Shown: positions 1 to 18,547, counted from the stretch's first letter. The stretch is DNA of 64,000 nt from the human T2T-CHM13v2.0 reference genome, Homo sapiens (GCF_009914755.1 NC_060940.1); one strand, 5' to 3'. A program made the numbers and translations. The notes: generated by a model not told the origin, from the letters alone.

Positions 1-1011
1 CTGCTGACCAGCTGTGTGACCCTGGGCTGGTTTCCTTCCACACAATGGGAGTGCCAATGGCTGCATGCATGCAAAGACCGTCTGAGGATAGGAGGAAGCA
101 ATCTGTTGAGCACCCGTGTACCTGAGTGTCATCACCTCCCAAGGGCATCCTTCGTTCCAGAGCTGGCACCTTGGAAGGCCCTTGGTCACTGAAGGCAGTG
201 ATGATGGTAACAGCAGTAAATCATCATTTACGGCTGATGAGGGAAGGCCAGGGGTAGGGCTCCTAGGTCCTGGATAAGAATGAGGGTCTGGGCACTCCTG
301 GGGACAGCTGAGTGGTAGGACTCCTGGGTCCCCAGGGGGCAGGTCCATCTTCAGTGGCATTGGGCCTAGGCTGGGATGCTGAGTTATCCACTGGAGCATC
401 AGCAGTACAGGCAGGCACAGAGGCAGTGGATCCATCGGAGGTGGCAGGTGTAGGATCGTCTGGTGAGCAAGTAGAGTCACCAAATCTGGCTGACCACTAC
501 CCCCACTACCCCCACTATCCCCACAGACGATGCCCTGTCCCTTGCCTCATGCTCCGGCAGGGTACAGGCTCGCACCTGGGGCCTCAAGGAGCATCTCTCT
601 AAGACCTCTGTGTCCTGGTCATTGAATGGGCACTTGAGTCACCCAGGGCCATTGGAACAAAGAGGAAGAATCAGGCCCCACGATGTTTTGGGAGAGTGTT
701 TAGCACAGGAAAATGCGCAGAATACACGCACGACACGGGGGCACTGTCAGTGTGGGAGCAATGGTTTACAACCTCCAGCCCTAATCTGAGCACTCTCACC
801 TGTGCAATCTGAAAGGAACAGGAGACTTGCAGGAAAGACAGTGCCTGGATTTAACTTAAAGGAACTAAAAATGTTGGAATTTTTACTCTTGATATCCTTC
901 CAAATCAACTCTCTCAATGTTCCCATCCTCAAAACTATCATATGGGGTAACTGAGGCAGTCAGAGATTTACTGACTCAATGTCACTCAATTGATTCTGAG
1001 TTCACTGCTGA

Positions 1012-1098
1012 TTACATCCGACCAAACTGCTTTTTCTGAAGTCTACTCCGTTTAATCATGCTGGTGATGATTTTGTGCGGCTCTGGGACAAACTCCAC
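1012..1098 (-). pseudogene. ACSM1-like terminal coding exon remnant (28 codons + TAA); 3'UTR-like sequence continues to about 790
   Basis: ttcagccag|VEFVPEPHKIITSMIKRSRLQKKQFGRM* is colinear and equal in length to the recalled ACSM1 end [28 protein letters not shown]. Confidence 0.85.
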
Positions 1099-1249
1099 CT
1101 GGCTGAAGATAAAGCAAATCTGCGGTGACTTAGTCCTCCTGTCATTTCCCATCAGTTCCCCACTCTCCTCCTCTGCCCCTCCACAGTCTCCCATGCAGGC
1201 TGACACCATATGACGGCCTTAATGGAGTCCACCGAGTATTTCAGGTTCT

Positions 1250-1575
1250 CTCCTGGGCCACTTGAAAGTGGATGTACCCATGGGATTTGCTTTGACCCAG
1301 GAGATGTGCGTGGAAGTGAAGCGTGTCACCTCGAGGCAGAAGAGTTGGGAGCCATTGAGACGGGCCACTCTCTCCTTCATCTCTTAGAGCAGCTGACAGC
1401 TCCCATATGGAGGCTGCTCCTTTATTCTCGTGGCAGGATGAGGGCATGTGGGGCACAGGGCACAGGAGAGCCATGGAGGATGTGCAGCATGGGCAGGAAA
1501 AGAGCCTTCAGTGGTGTACATTTCCATAGTTTGGGGCTGTTTCTTACCTACAGTGATACCTAGCCCATCCTAGCA
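1250..1575 (+). mobile_element. Old MaLR LTR (MLT1-type) fragment
   Basis: tttggggctgtttcttacctacagtgatacctagcccatcct-type MLT1 3' end. Confidence 0.6.
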
Positions 1576-1654
1576 GGCATGCACCATCTACTCCACACTC
1601 TGTGATGCAGACTAGCCTGCCGTCAGAACACGAACTGGTGGTCAGACACAGGTA

Positions 1655-1850
1655 GGTTTCAGTTCCAGCTCTGCCTCTTATTGACTGCAACCTCAGGCTT
1701 AACTTTCAGTCTCTGAGCCTCAGTTTCAACTCTGTAAAATGAGGTGGCTATACCATCTCAGGTTGCAGAGAGAATTAAATGAAATATAAGTGCATGTAGA
1801 GCATTGAACCCAGGGCCTGGCACACACAGTGAGTACACAATGTTAGCCAG
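1655..1850 (+). mobile_element. MIR
   Basis: ctctgagcctcagtttc...ctgtaaaatgagg core and cctggcacac 3' end. Confidence 0.8.
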
Positions 1851-2036
1851 GTAGCTTCATAATGCATACTGATTGTCAATATTCAGACAATGCAGTAAAG
1901 TGTTACCAAAAATAAAAGTAAACTTATTTGCATATGTATTCTTTCAATCTTTATTTTTAAACAGGGTAAAACTATGCATATTCTTTCATAGCCAGTGTTT
2001 TTCTCTTCATAGTATATTGTTAAAATAATTTTACTT

Positions 2037-2320
2037 GGACCGGGTGCAGCGGCTCACACCTATAGTCCCAGCACTTTGGGAGGCCGCGGTGGGCAGATCA
2101 CGAGGTCAGGAGTTGACACGAGCCTGGCCAATATGGTGAAACCCCATCTCTACTAAGAATACAAAAATTAGCTGGGCATGGTGGCACACACCTGTAGTCC
2201 CAGCTACTCAGAGGCTGAGGCAGAGGAATTGCTTGAACCCGGGAGACAGAGGTTGCAGTGAGCCAAGATTGTGCCATTGCACTCCAGCCTGGGGGACAGA
2301 GTGAAACTCTGTCTCAAAAA

Positions 2321-2321
<1 letters not shown>
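2037..2321 (+). mobile_element. AluS
   Basis: full dimer with A tail. Confidence 0.95.

Positions 2322-2323
<2 letters not shown>

Positions 2324-2381
<58 letters not shown>
2324..2381. repeat. (TG)29 microsatellite at the Alu tail
   Basis: perfect dinucleotide run. Confidence 0.98.
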
Positions 2382-2384
<3 letters not shown>

Positions 2385-2661
2385 CTATATAAATCTCAAA
2401 AATAAAAGATCATTTTTGAGATTATCATTTTAAAAGACAAGATAATGTTCAACTTAATGACTAATTTAATTATTACTATTGGACTTTTTGTAGACTGCAC
2501 AGAGCATTCAAAACAAATGAAGGAGAATAAAAAATATGTATTACATGTTATAAAATAAATGTGATGTGGTTAACTCTTTTATTCAAAGTTATAGAACATA
2601 CATATGTACTATAGAATGTATTATTATGAGTCATGTTAAAAAGTAGTTTAGAAGCTGTTGA

Positions 2662-2991
<330 letters not shown>

Positions 2992-3296
2992 TAAACTTGG
3001 CAAGATAATAAATCACCTTTTTAAGTGTCGTTGGGCACTTGTCTGGTTGTTTTTCTTTAGGTTACCATGCCAGCAATGATTCCTTTTGAGTTTCTGACAG
3101 AAGATAGTGGTTTTCATCCAAATAAGTCAACTACTCTACCCCATCCCTAAGCCACTTGTATGGAAAGAAAAAGAGGAAGAAGCCAGTACTGTGACTGCGT
3201 AAGCTTCCCCCAGCATCACCGGCTATGAGATGTGTGGCAGCTGAGACCCGGGAACTGCTCAAGGGCACCAGGCCCCATCTGTCTGCACTCACTCAC

Positions 3297-3416
3297 CTTC
3301 CTCAGGTACTCGCATGGGCATGTCACTGACTTTACATGCTGCTGCAGCTCCTTGGTGAGCTGGCCCTGGTCATGGGACAGGAACTGTGGGGTCAGGACAA
3401 TAGAGAGCTTCACCAT
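3297..3416 (-). CDS. NPIPB: First coding exon (40 codons) of an NPIPB-type gene, ACSM1-derived; exon probably begins at acceptor 3454; rest of gene lies left of the window
   Basis: [40 protein letters not shown]|gtgagt matches the recalled N-terminus of NPIPB3/4/5/11/12/13-type proteins. Confidence 0.88.
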
Positions 3417-3929
3417 TTGCAGAATGAGAACAGGGGCTCATGATGAGTGCCAACCTATTAGATAATTTAAAAAAAAAAGTGTTGAATGAGTGGAAAAACA
3501 AGGTGATGTTTGAGTCTATAGTGGTCAAGGGCTTCAGAAAAGGACAGAACCAAGTTCAAATTCCTGTACTTTGAATTTCTACTTCATGCCATGCAAAATT
3601 ACTTTACCCCTTTTAACCTCAGTTTTCTTCTGTGTGAAACAGGAACAATAGTTTCATTCGTCATTCAGTTTCTCTCAAGATTTCACGAGATCATACCTAT
3701 AAAACATCCAAGTCATTTAAATGTATCATCATTTCTGTCATAATTAGTGGGATCCATTTCACTATTATTGGATATACAGTTCTGTGCCTGAAACCTACAA
3801 AAAAACAAAATGTTAAGTCTAAAAAGCATTAGTGATTTCTCATTTTTATATTACTAATTATAACCCTATTTAATCACACAAGGCCTTGTCCGCGGCAGGT
3901 GCTCAATAAACACTTGTCGAATCAATGCA

Positions 3930-4130
3930 TGTGGGCTCCGGAGCCACACTGTTTAGATTCTATTCTGCCTCCACCACTTATCAGCTGTGTGATCTGGGTA
4001 AGATAATTCACCTCTTTATGTCTGCACTTCCCTCTCCATAAACTATATATAATGAGAATCCTTAGCTCATTCGGTTGTGGTGAGGGGTGAATGATTTGGC
4101 ACACAGGAGGGGCTTGTTAAACATTAGCTG
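3930..4130 (+). mobile_element. MIR (a second MIR lies at about 3545-3700)
   Basis: ccacttatcagctgtgtgatctgggtaag MIR core. Confidence 0.7.
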
Positions 4131-5529
4131 TGATGATCTCCTTCCAAATCTTCATTTTCAGAGCCACAGATGAGGCCATAGTGCAACCAGGTGACCTTAG
4201 AGTGTAAGTACACATGATCGCCAGCTATGCTCTATCTCCACCATAGGTCCAAGACTGGGTAGTTCTGGCCTGGAGGTTTCTGCTGCATCTGCCTTCTCAG
4301 TGTTCACCTAAGGACTTTTGTATTTTCCTCCTCGCATCCCCACAGATGGGGTTCAGGCTGCCGGACACAGCTGGGTGATGCCAGGGCAGTGGTCACCTGT
4401 GCCAGCCCCGTGAGGTAGCTGGAGGATCATTGTTCCTTCCTTCTCGGGCTCTGGGCAGATGCCAGGGCTGGGGTGACCCATGCCCTCAAGTTTCTTGCTT
4501 TGGTGGGCCACATTTTCCCTTGGCAAAGAGGGTAAAGGTCACAGGATGCCGGAGAGCTGTGACTTCTCTGTGCCCTGGGCCCAAACTATGAAGACCTGAC
4601 ACACTATGCTAAAAGCCCAACGCTGGGTGCTCCCCAGAGCTTCTTGCCTCACCGCTTCTGCTGAGGGAGGAATGAATACTATGTCCTCCCAGAGCTTTGG
4701 GAGCTTGTAGCAAGCAGCCTCCCCAGCGCAAAATCTCTTGGAAACCTCTAACTGTGTCTGAAACATTAGTGCAAATGTTGCATCCTATTTCCCATATGTC
4801 CGCATGTTTTAGAAAAAAACCCTCAATTTCCTAAATATGCAAGAAAAATCGGTATTGTAGGACAATGTGACTTTTTAAAAAATGTTATTTAAAAATCTTC
4901 CCCACCTCCTTTTCTGCCCTCCAAGACTGCCAAATACTTGTTGAACATATATTATTAAATGCCTACTACATGCCAGCCATGATTCATGGTCTTGGGGACA
5001 CAGCAGAGAACGAACTGACAGGACTCCTCTCTTATGTAACTCACATTCTTATATGATAATGATAAGGGTTAACATTAATTAAGCTGTCACTGCATGTTAG
5101 TCACGGTGCAGTCATTCCCACACATTATTACACTTAAACCTGCTAGCAAGCTTGCAAGGTAGTTAGTTGTTTTTCCTTTAAAAACTGAGTCTCGGAATGA
5201 TGAAGCACTCTGTCCAATGTCACACAGCTAGTAAGTGTGGAGACCTTGCATCCAATCAATGCCCGTCTCATTCTAAAGGCCATGTTATGTGTTCTCCAGC
5301 CCATGGAGAATAATTTTAACACAGTCAATGAAATTTCTACACAACAATGTTCTTGTCTCAAGTCCAAGAATGCCTCCTACACCTCCTATAATACTGGCTT
5401 TCTGGTGAGTAAAGATGCCATTCTCATGTGTAATCAGGTGGCAAATGGAGATATGACCAAAGTAACCACCTGCCTACACTCATAACCCTGTACACACTCT
5501 TCCTGTGTCGATTCAATTCAAGTACCCCT

Positions 5530-7319
<1,790 letters not shown>

Positions 7320-7696
7320 TCAGTAAATACATTTTTTATTATCAAAAAAGAGTAGTGTATGGTTGGCGTATTCTGTGTAGAATGTATTTTATTGATGTCT
7401 GCTATTTTTATAATTTCTGAGTTAAGTACTTTTTAATTAATGCTTTTTAGTTTTGGGCAGATTCAGTTGACTAAAGCACCTCATTTCCCAGATACATGAA
7501 ATAAAATATTTGGCTTCTTTTCCAATTTCACACTGATGTTATTTTGTGAAAATCAGTGCTTTAAGATAAATCGTTATACGTTAAGATAAACATGAGAAAC
7601 TTGATCTAATATTTAATATTTATTCAGTTCTACACTTTATTAACTTCTACACCAGCAGATTTAGACATTATGTAACCATCTCAAGAAGTTTCACTT

Positions 7697-8144
<448 letters not shown>

Positions 8145-8582
8145 TCATCTTCCACAGATTTCAAGTTGTGAAGCCCTGAACTGTTAATTTATCTTGAGAA
8201 TGTATATTTAAGCTTAATTTAAGACTATATACCTAAAAATTGAGCATATAATTTCTATAATTTGTTTATGTAAGTTTCTGTAAGTCATAAGTATGTGGTT
8301 TCCAAGTGTATAATTTATCTGAATGTAATAGGCATTAATATATTTTTACATTACTGGGACCATAGTACAGAAATTTCTAAATGGTTTGTAAAATAACTTG
8401 TTATTTGTGTTGTTGTAAAAGCAGTTAATACAATGGAAAAACTCGTAATAAGAAGATACAGTTTAACATCAAAAAGTTTACCCAAGGTAATTATGAGTAC
8501 TACCTGGCAAAACTTCACGGAAGCTGTGGTATCACTTTTATGATGGAAGAATGGTGTTTGCATTTTGTGTAAAAGTACTTGC

Positions 8583-9671
<1,089 letters not shown>

Positions 9672-10177
9672 TTAACTTTGGTATTTCAGGTTGTATTTAA
9701 ATGGAGACTTAACATGAACTATGTTCATAACACTTGACCAAATTAAGTGTAGATCGTCTCTTTAATAAAGAGATCATCTGGAACTGCAATTTCTAACTCA
9801 TACATCATTGCTACAAACCTTATTTGTTTACTGTTTCTCTTCCAAGGACCATCAGTCATCCTTTAAAATTCATTTCAAGCTCTGAAAAGATATTTTTTGT
9901 TACATGGGCAATTTACTTTTAGTACAGTAAAATGTTATGTGAATTTCTACAGTATGTTTGCCAAAATGAATTATATCTAGAATACGCTTAACAATATATT
10001 CTGGAGGCAGCTTTCATTTGAAATTAGGTTCACCTTCTGAGAGTATGAAAAAGTTAATGGGTTTTTGTGCCTGAAGATTTTGATGTTGCATTTGGCTACA
10101 TTTAATCCACTTTCACCCATAAGTTTTAGCATCTAAAAAAATTAAATCACTGCTAATGCAATTAAAATGCATTATGA

Positions 10178-10807
<630 letters not shown>

Positions 10808-10823
10808 TCTCAACTATCACAGC

Positions 10824-11176
<353 letters not shown>

Positions 11177-11592
11177 TTACTGTCTAGTTAAACTGGTTAA
11201 TGCAGAAAGGAAGTCTGGTAATTCCAGTTTTAAAGTAAAATTTTGGACATTGTAGGATTGATTATTTGGCATAGTTGTGATGTTTGTTCCTGCGTTATGG
11301 TTTTGTTGGCAGGGCAGCCTTTAAGGACCTGTATATTTTCTTCTAGACTCTATATATTCCCTGTGAGTATTAGTTGTATGGTCAAACTGGCAAATTTTAC
11401 CATAGGTATAAATAATAGAGAATGTGGAAGAATAGTGAATAGTGTCAGAGATAGTTAAAAGTCCATACAATAGTAGAGAAGGTAGTAAGTAATAGTGGCT
11501 TGGACTAAATATTTGTTGAATAAATGTTTTAAAAAACAGGCTACCTACAATTTGTGTTGAAGATATGAATGAATGAAGTTTCCACACCTTTA

Positions 11593-12315
11593 TGTGGAGA
11601 CCTGATAAGTAAGCAACAATAAGGAAGGGTCCCCAGGTTGGGGAGAGCCCCAAGTTGAGAACAATAATGAACAATTATTGTATGAACAATTGTTAGAGAC
11701 AGCTAATCACAAACAACCTGCGGGCACAATGACCTCATTCCACACGTAGCACCCTTCAGCAGGACCCTATAAAACTTTCCTCCAGCCCTTGCCTCTTTGC
11801 AGGTAGCCCCTTCTCTGCTGAGCTGCCCACTGCAACATATTTTCACAATTTCTCTAATAAATCTGCCCTTCTTTACCTACAACTATCTTGGTAAATGGCT
11901 TTACCACCTGCAAAACTGACCCTAGGTTGTTGCTACCCGATATGGTTTGGCTGCGTCCCCACCCAAATTTCATCTTGAATTGTAGTTCCCATAATCCCCA
12001 TGTGTCGTGGGAGGGACCCGGTAGGAGGTAATCGAATCATGGGGGCAGGTTTTTCCCGTACTGTTCTCGTGATAGTGAATACATCTCACTAAATCTGATG
12101 GTTTTATAAAGGGCAGTTTCCCTGCACGTGCTCTCTTGCCTGCTGCCATGGAAGACATACCTTTTTGCTCCTTCTTTGCCTTCCACCATGATTCTGAGGC
12201 CTCTCCAGCCTTGTGGAACTGTGAGTACATTAAACCTCTTTTTCTTTATAAATTACCCAGTTTCCAGTATTTCTTCATAGCAGTATGAAAAGTAACTAAT
12301 ACACTACCCGAGACA
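11593..12315 (+). mobile_element. Solo LTR (LTR47-like) split by a THE1 LTR
   Basis: TG...CA ends, TATAAAA at about 11768, AATAAA at about 11856. Confidence 0.75.
11938..12303 (+). mobile_element. THE1 (MaLR) solo LTR
   Basis: gatatggtttggctg...actaataca; CTACC target-site duplication at 11933-11937 and 12304-12308. Confidence 0.92.
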
Positions 12316-12472
12316 TCTTAGGAGATTTGTAATAGCTGTAATGCCAGGTCCACCATATTTTTAGCATAAAGCAAATGTTTACGCGTGATATGACTGCACG
12401 GGCTTTCTTTCAGCTGGAGCCATAGCAACTCAAGTAGTAACCCTATCTTAGTCTGATTAAAAGTAAATATTA

Positions 12473-13642
<1,170 letters not shown>

Positions 13643-14059
13643 GGAACATGACTTAATACATTCATTTTGGAGGGTAAGTCTCTCAAAATAGGCCTTTCAC
13701 TGGGGGAAAATGGTAAAAATACTCCCTGGTAATTCAAGAATTGGAGACTCCTGAGATGCTGCTCATATTAGCTGAGCACTTATCAATACTTCACTTTTTT
13801 CCATATATACTCAAGGAACAAGTGCTATTTAAAGTGTTTCACTCCACTGTGCTAGGTGCAAGACTATAAAGAGGTGTGAGGATCAACACTTTTATGAAAA
13901 CCAGTGTCATTCTGGATATAGTTTCAGATGCTAGTGCAAAGGAAGCTCTTGGTATACGGAAAAAGTATTCAACAATAAATTAGGCATGGTTGCTTCCATT
14001 TTCTGCCTCACATACTTTTTTTTTCGTGGTTGAAGTGATATAATGTCTATGATATTTTA

Positions 14060-14708
<649 letters not shown>

Positions 14709-14755
14709 TCAGGGCACATGGCTGCTACAGTCCTCTATTAAGCAATGTGCCACAG

Positions 14756-15145
14756 CAGGGGTGCCTGACCCCTGGGCCATGGACATGTACTGGTCTGTGG
14801 CCTGTTAGGAACTGGGCCACAGAGCAGGAGGTGAATGGTGGGTAACAATTGAAGCTTCGTCTGTATTTCTGGCTGCTCCCCATTGCTTGCATTGCTGCCT
14901 GAGCTCTGCCTCCTGTCAGATCAGCAGCATCATTAGATTCTTACAGGAGCATGAACCCTGTTGTGAATTGCACACACGAGGGATCCAGGTTGCATATTCC
15001 TTATGAGAATCTAATTCCTGATGATTTGTGGTGGAACAGTTTCATCCCAAGACCATTACCATCCTGCGCCCCATCCCTTGCCGCCTGTGGAAAAATTGTC
15101 TTCCACAAAGCCGGTCCCTGGTGCCAAAAATGTTGGGGACTGCTG
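14756..15145 (+). mobile_element. MER1B (hAT-Charlie) DNA transposon
   Basis: caggggt...ggtccctggtgccaaaaatgttggggactgctg termini and gagaatctaat core. Confidence 0.88.
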
Positions 15146-15784
15146 TGCTTTAGAATCTGCCATGAATCTGCAGCCTCTATTATATAGCTCCCTATAGACT
15201 TTGCTTCCTACCGTCTTACGTTCTGCCTTATAGGCATTTGACTTTGCAACCCTTGTTTTTGTTAGTATGCTACGCTGGTGACATTGACCAAATTGACCAC
15301 ACATTAATTATAAGCTTAGTTGGTGATGACCTCAACGGAATAACGTGACATAAGTATTGTGACAATACTTCTTGCATGTATCTGCAGGTGGAATTGTAAA
15401 CCTGGTGGTCCGAGATGGTCTAATTCCATCTTCCTATGTATCTCCTTATATTAATAGTGGTAACATTTGTGGTGGTGATTCAGCATTTCAATGCCTCTTC
15501 TCATGGCAACAACAAACGTTTTCCTTCTGAATCAACATTAACCTAGATGTTACTGCGGATCAAAATTAGACTCTACATTTTCAACCACAGAAATACCGGG
15601 CAGTAAAAATTTTTCTTAATATTGATTGCCTACATAGGTTGTGTAATTAGCATATGTTTACAGTTCTATGATTTCTGCGTGGCTGCTACAGAGCTGGAGG
15701 GGGTAAAGCAACAGTATTTTCTCAGTTGTGCGAGCAGCATTACATTATAATAAATAGGTAATATTAAACTGGGCTGATGAGAGT

Positions 15785-17330
15785 TGCAAAAGACTACTTT
15801 AATGTTCATATGGAACCAAAAAAGAGCCCGCATTGCCAAGACAATCCTAAGCCCAATGAACAAAGCTGGAGGCATCATGCTACCTGACTTCAAACTATAC
15901 TACAAGGCTACAGTAACCAAAACAGCCTGGTACTGGTACCAAAACAGACATATAGACCAATGGAACAGAACAGAGCCCTCAGAAATAATACCACACATCT
16001 ACAACCATCTGATCTTTGACAAACCTGACAAAAACAAGAAATGCGGAAAGGATTCCCTACTTAATAAATAGTGCTGGGAAAACTGGCTAGCCCTATGTAG
16101 AAAGCTGAAACTGGATCCCTTCCTTACACCTTATACAAAAATTAATTCAAGATGGATTAAAGACTTAAATGTTAGACCTAAAGCCGTAAAAACCCTAGAA
16201 GAAAACCTAGGCAATACCATTCAGGACATAGGGATGGGCAAGGACTTCATGTCTAAAACACCAAAAGCAATGGCAACAGAAGCCAAAACTGACAAATGGG
16301 ATCTAATTAAACTAAAGAGCTTCTGCACAGCAAAAGAAACTAGGATCAGTGTGAACAGGCAACCTAGAGAATGGGAGAAAATTTTTGCCATCTACTTATC
16401 TGACAAAAGGCTAATATCCAGAATCTACAAAGAACACCAACAAATTTACAAGAAAAAAAACAAACCCCATCAAAAAGTGGGCAAAGCATATGAACAGACA
16501 CTTCTCAAAAGAAGACATTTATGCAGCCAACAGACACATGAAAAAATGCTCATCATCACTGGCCATCAGAGAAATGCAAATCAAAACCGCAATGAGATAT
16601 CATCTCACACCAGTTAGAATGGCGATCATTAAAAAGTCAGGAAACAACAGGTGCTGGAGAGGATGTGGAGAAATAGGAACACTTTTACACTGTTGGTGGG
16701 ACTGTAAACTGGTTCAACCATTGTGGAAGACAGTGTGGCGATTCCTCAGGGATCTAGAACTAGAAATACCATTTGACCCAGCCATCCCATTACTGGATAC
16801 ATACCCAAAGGATTATAAATCATGCTGCTATAAAGACACATGCACACATATGTTTATCGCGGCAATATTCACGATAGTGAAGACTTGGAACCAACACAAA
16901 TGTCCATCAATGATAGACTGGATTAAGAAAATGTGGCACAGATACACCATGGAGTACTATGCAGCCATAAAAAAGGATGAGTTCATGTCCTTTGTAGAGA
17001 CATGGATGAAGCTGGAAACGATCACTCTCAGCAAACTATCACAAGGACAAAAAACCAAACACCGCATGTTCTCACTCACAGATGGGAATTGAACAATGAG
17101 AACACTTGGACACAGGAAGGGGAACATCACACACTGGGGCCTCTTGTGTGGTGGGGGAGGGGGAAGGGATAGCAGTAGGAGATACACCTAATGTAAATGA
17201 CGAGTTAATGGGTGCAGTACACCAACATGGCACATGTATACATATGTAACAAACCTGCACATTGTGTACATGTACCCTATAACTTAAAGTATAATTTAAA
17301 AAAATAAGTAAATAAATAAATAAAAAAAGA
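15785..17330 (+). mobile_element. 5'-truncated L1PA (ORF2 C-terminus with stop and frameshift, 3'UTR, A tail)
   Basis: [22 protein letters not shown] and [21 protein letters not shown]2 motifs; L1PA 3'UTR. Confidence 0.97.
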
Positions 17331-17357
17331 AACAATTGCTGGCTTTGCAATTCTCTT

Positions 17358-17917
17358 TCCTCCAAAATCGCCAAGGCCTCAATTTACTCATTGCTGAAAA
17401 AGGACGACTCTGTATATTTTTAAATGAAGAGTGTTGTTTTTACCTAAATCAATCTGGCCTGGTATATGACAACATAAAAAAACTCAAGGATAGAGTCCAA
17501 AAACTTGCCAACCAAGCAAATAATTATGCTGAACCCCCTTGGGCACTCTCTTAATTGGATGTCCTGGGTCCTCCCAATTCTTAGTCCTTTAATACCTGTT
17601 TTTCTCCTTCTCTTATTCGGACCGTGTGTCTTCTGTTTAGTTTCTCAATTCATACAAAACCATATTCAGGCCATCACCAATAATTCTATATGACAAATGC
17701 TCCTTCTAACAACCCCACAGTATCAGCCCTTACCCCAAAATCTTTCTTCAGTTGAATCTCTCCCACTGTAGGTTCCCATGCCGCCCCTAATCCCACTCGA
17801 AGCAGCCCTGAGAAACATCGCCCATTATCTCTCCATATCACCCCCAAAAATTTTCGCCACCCCAACACTTTACCACTATTTTGTTTTATTTTTCTTATTA
17901 ACATAAGAAGACAGGAA
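17358..17917 (+). mobile_element. HERV-H internal 3' remnant (frameshifted env TM region, polypurine tract)
   Basis: LQNRQGLNLLIAEKGRLCIFLNEECCFY immunosuppressive domain/CX6CC; anchor in another frame; aagaagacaggaa before LTR. Confidence 0.92.
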
Positions 17918-18377
17918 TGTCAGGCCTCTGAGTCCAAGCTAAGCCATCATATCCCAGTGACCTGCACGTATACATCCAGATGGCCTGAAGCAACTGAAGA
18001 TCCACAGAAGTGAAAACAGCCTTAACTGAAGACATTCCACCATTGTCATTTGTTTCTGCCCCACCCTAACTGATCAATGTACTTTGTAATCTGCCCCACT
18101 CTTAAGAAGGTTCTTTATCATCTCCCCCACCCTTAAGAAGTTTCTTTGTAATTCTCCTCACCTTTGACAATGTACTTTATGAGATCCACCTCCTGCCCCC
18201 AAAACACTGCTCTTAACTCCACCGCCTATCCCCAAATCTATAAGAACCAGTGATAATCACACCACCCTTTGTTGACTCCTTTTTCGGACTCAGCCCGCCT
18301 GCACCCAGGTGAAATAAACAGCCATGTTGCTCACACAAAGCATGTTTGGTGGTCTCTTCACACAGACACGTGAGACA
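17918..18377 (+). mobile_element. LTR7-family 3' LTR of the HERV-H remnant
   Basis: tgtcaggcctctgag start, tttggtggtctcttcacac...gagaca end. Confidence 0.93.
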
Positions 18378-18547
18378 GGAGTTCGAGACCAGCCTGGCCA
18401 ATCTGGTGAAACTCTATGTCTCTACTAAAAATACAAAAATTAGCTGGGCATGGTGGCGGGCACCTGTAATCCCAGCTACTCGGGAAGCTGAGGCACAAAA
18501 ATTGCTTGAACCCAGGAGGCAGAGTTTGCAGTGAGCCAAGATCACAC

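Noticed and set aside
494-524. G-quadruplex from the 9-bp ccccactac repeat
   Set aside because: Only three long G tracts plus a GG; weak and common
13690-13785. Short resemblance to ABCA3-like motifs (LSLGENGK, PGNSRIG, LAEHL)
   Set aside because: Motifs are in different frames with inconsistent spacing and no splice sites; cannot be told from chance without BLASTX
16234-17092. 127-aa and 200-aa ORFs as genes
   Set aside because: L1 ORF2 fragments of a truncated, disrupted element
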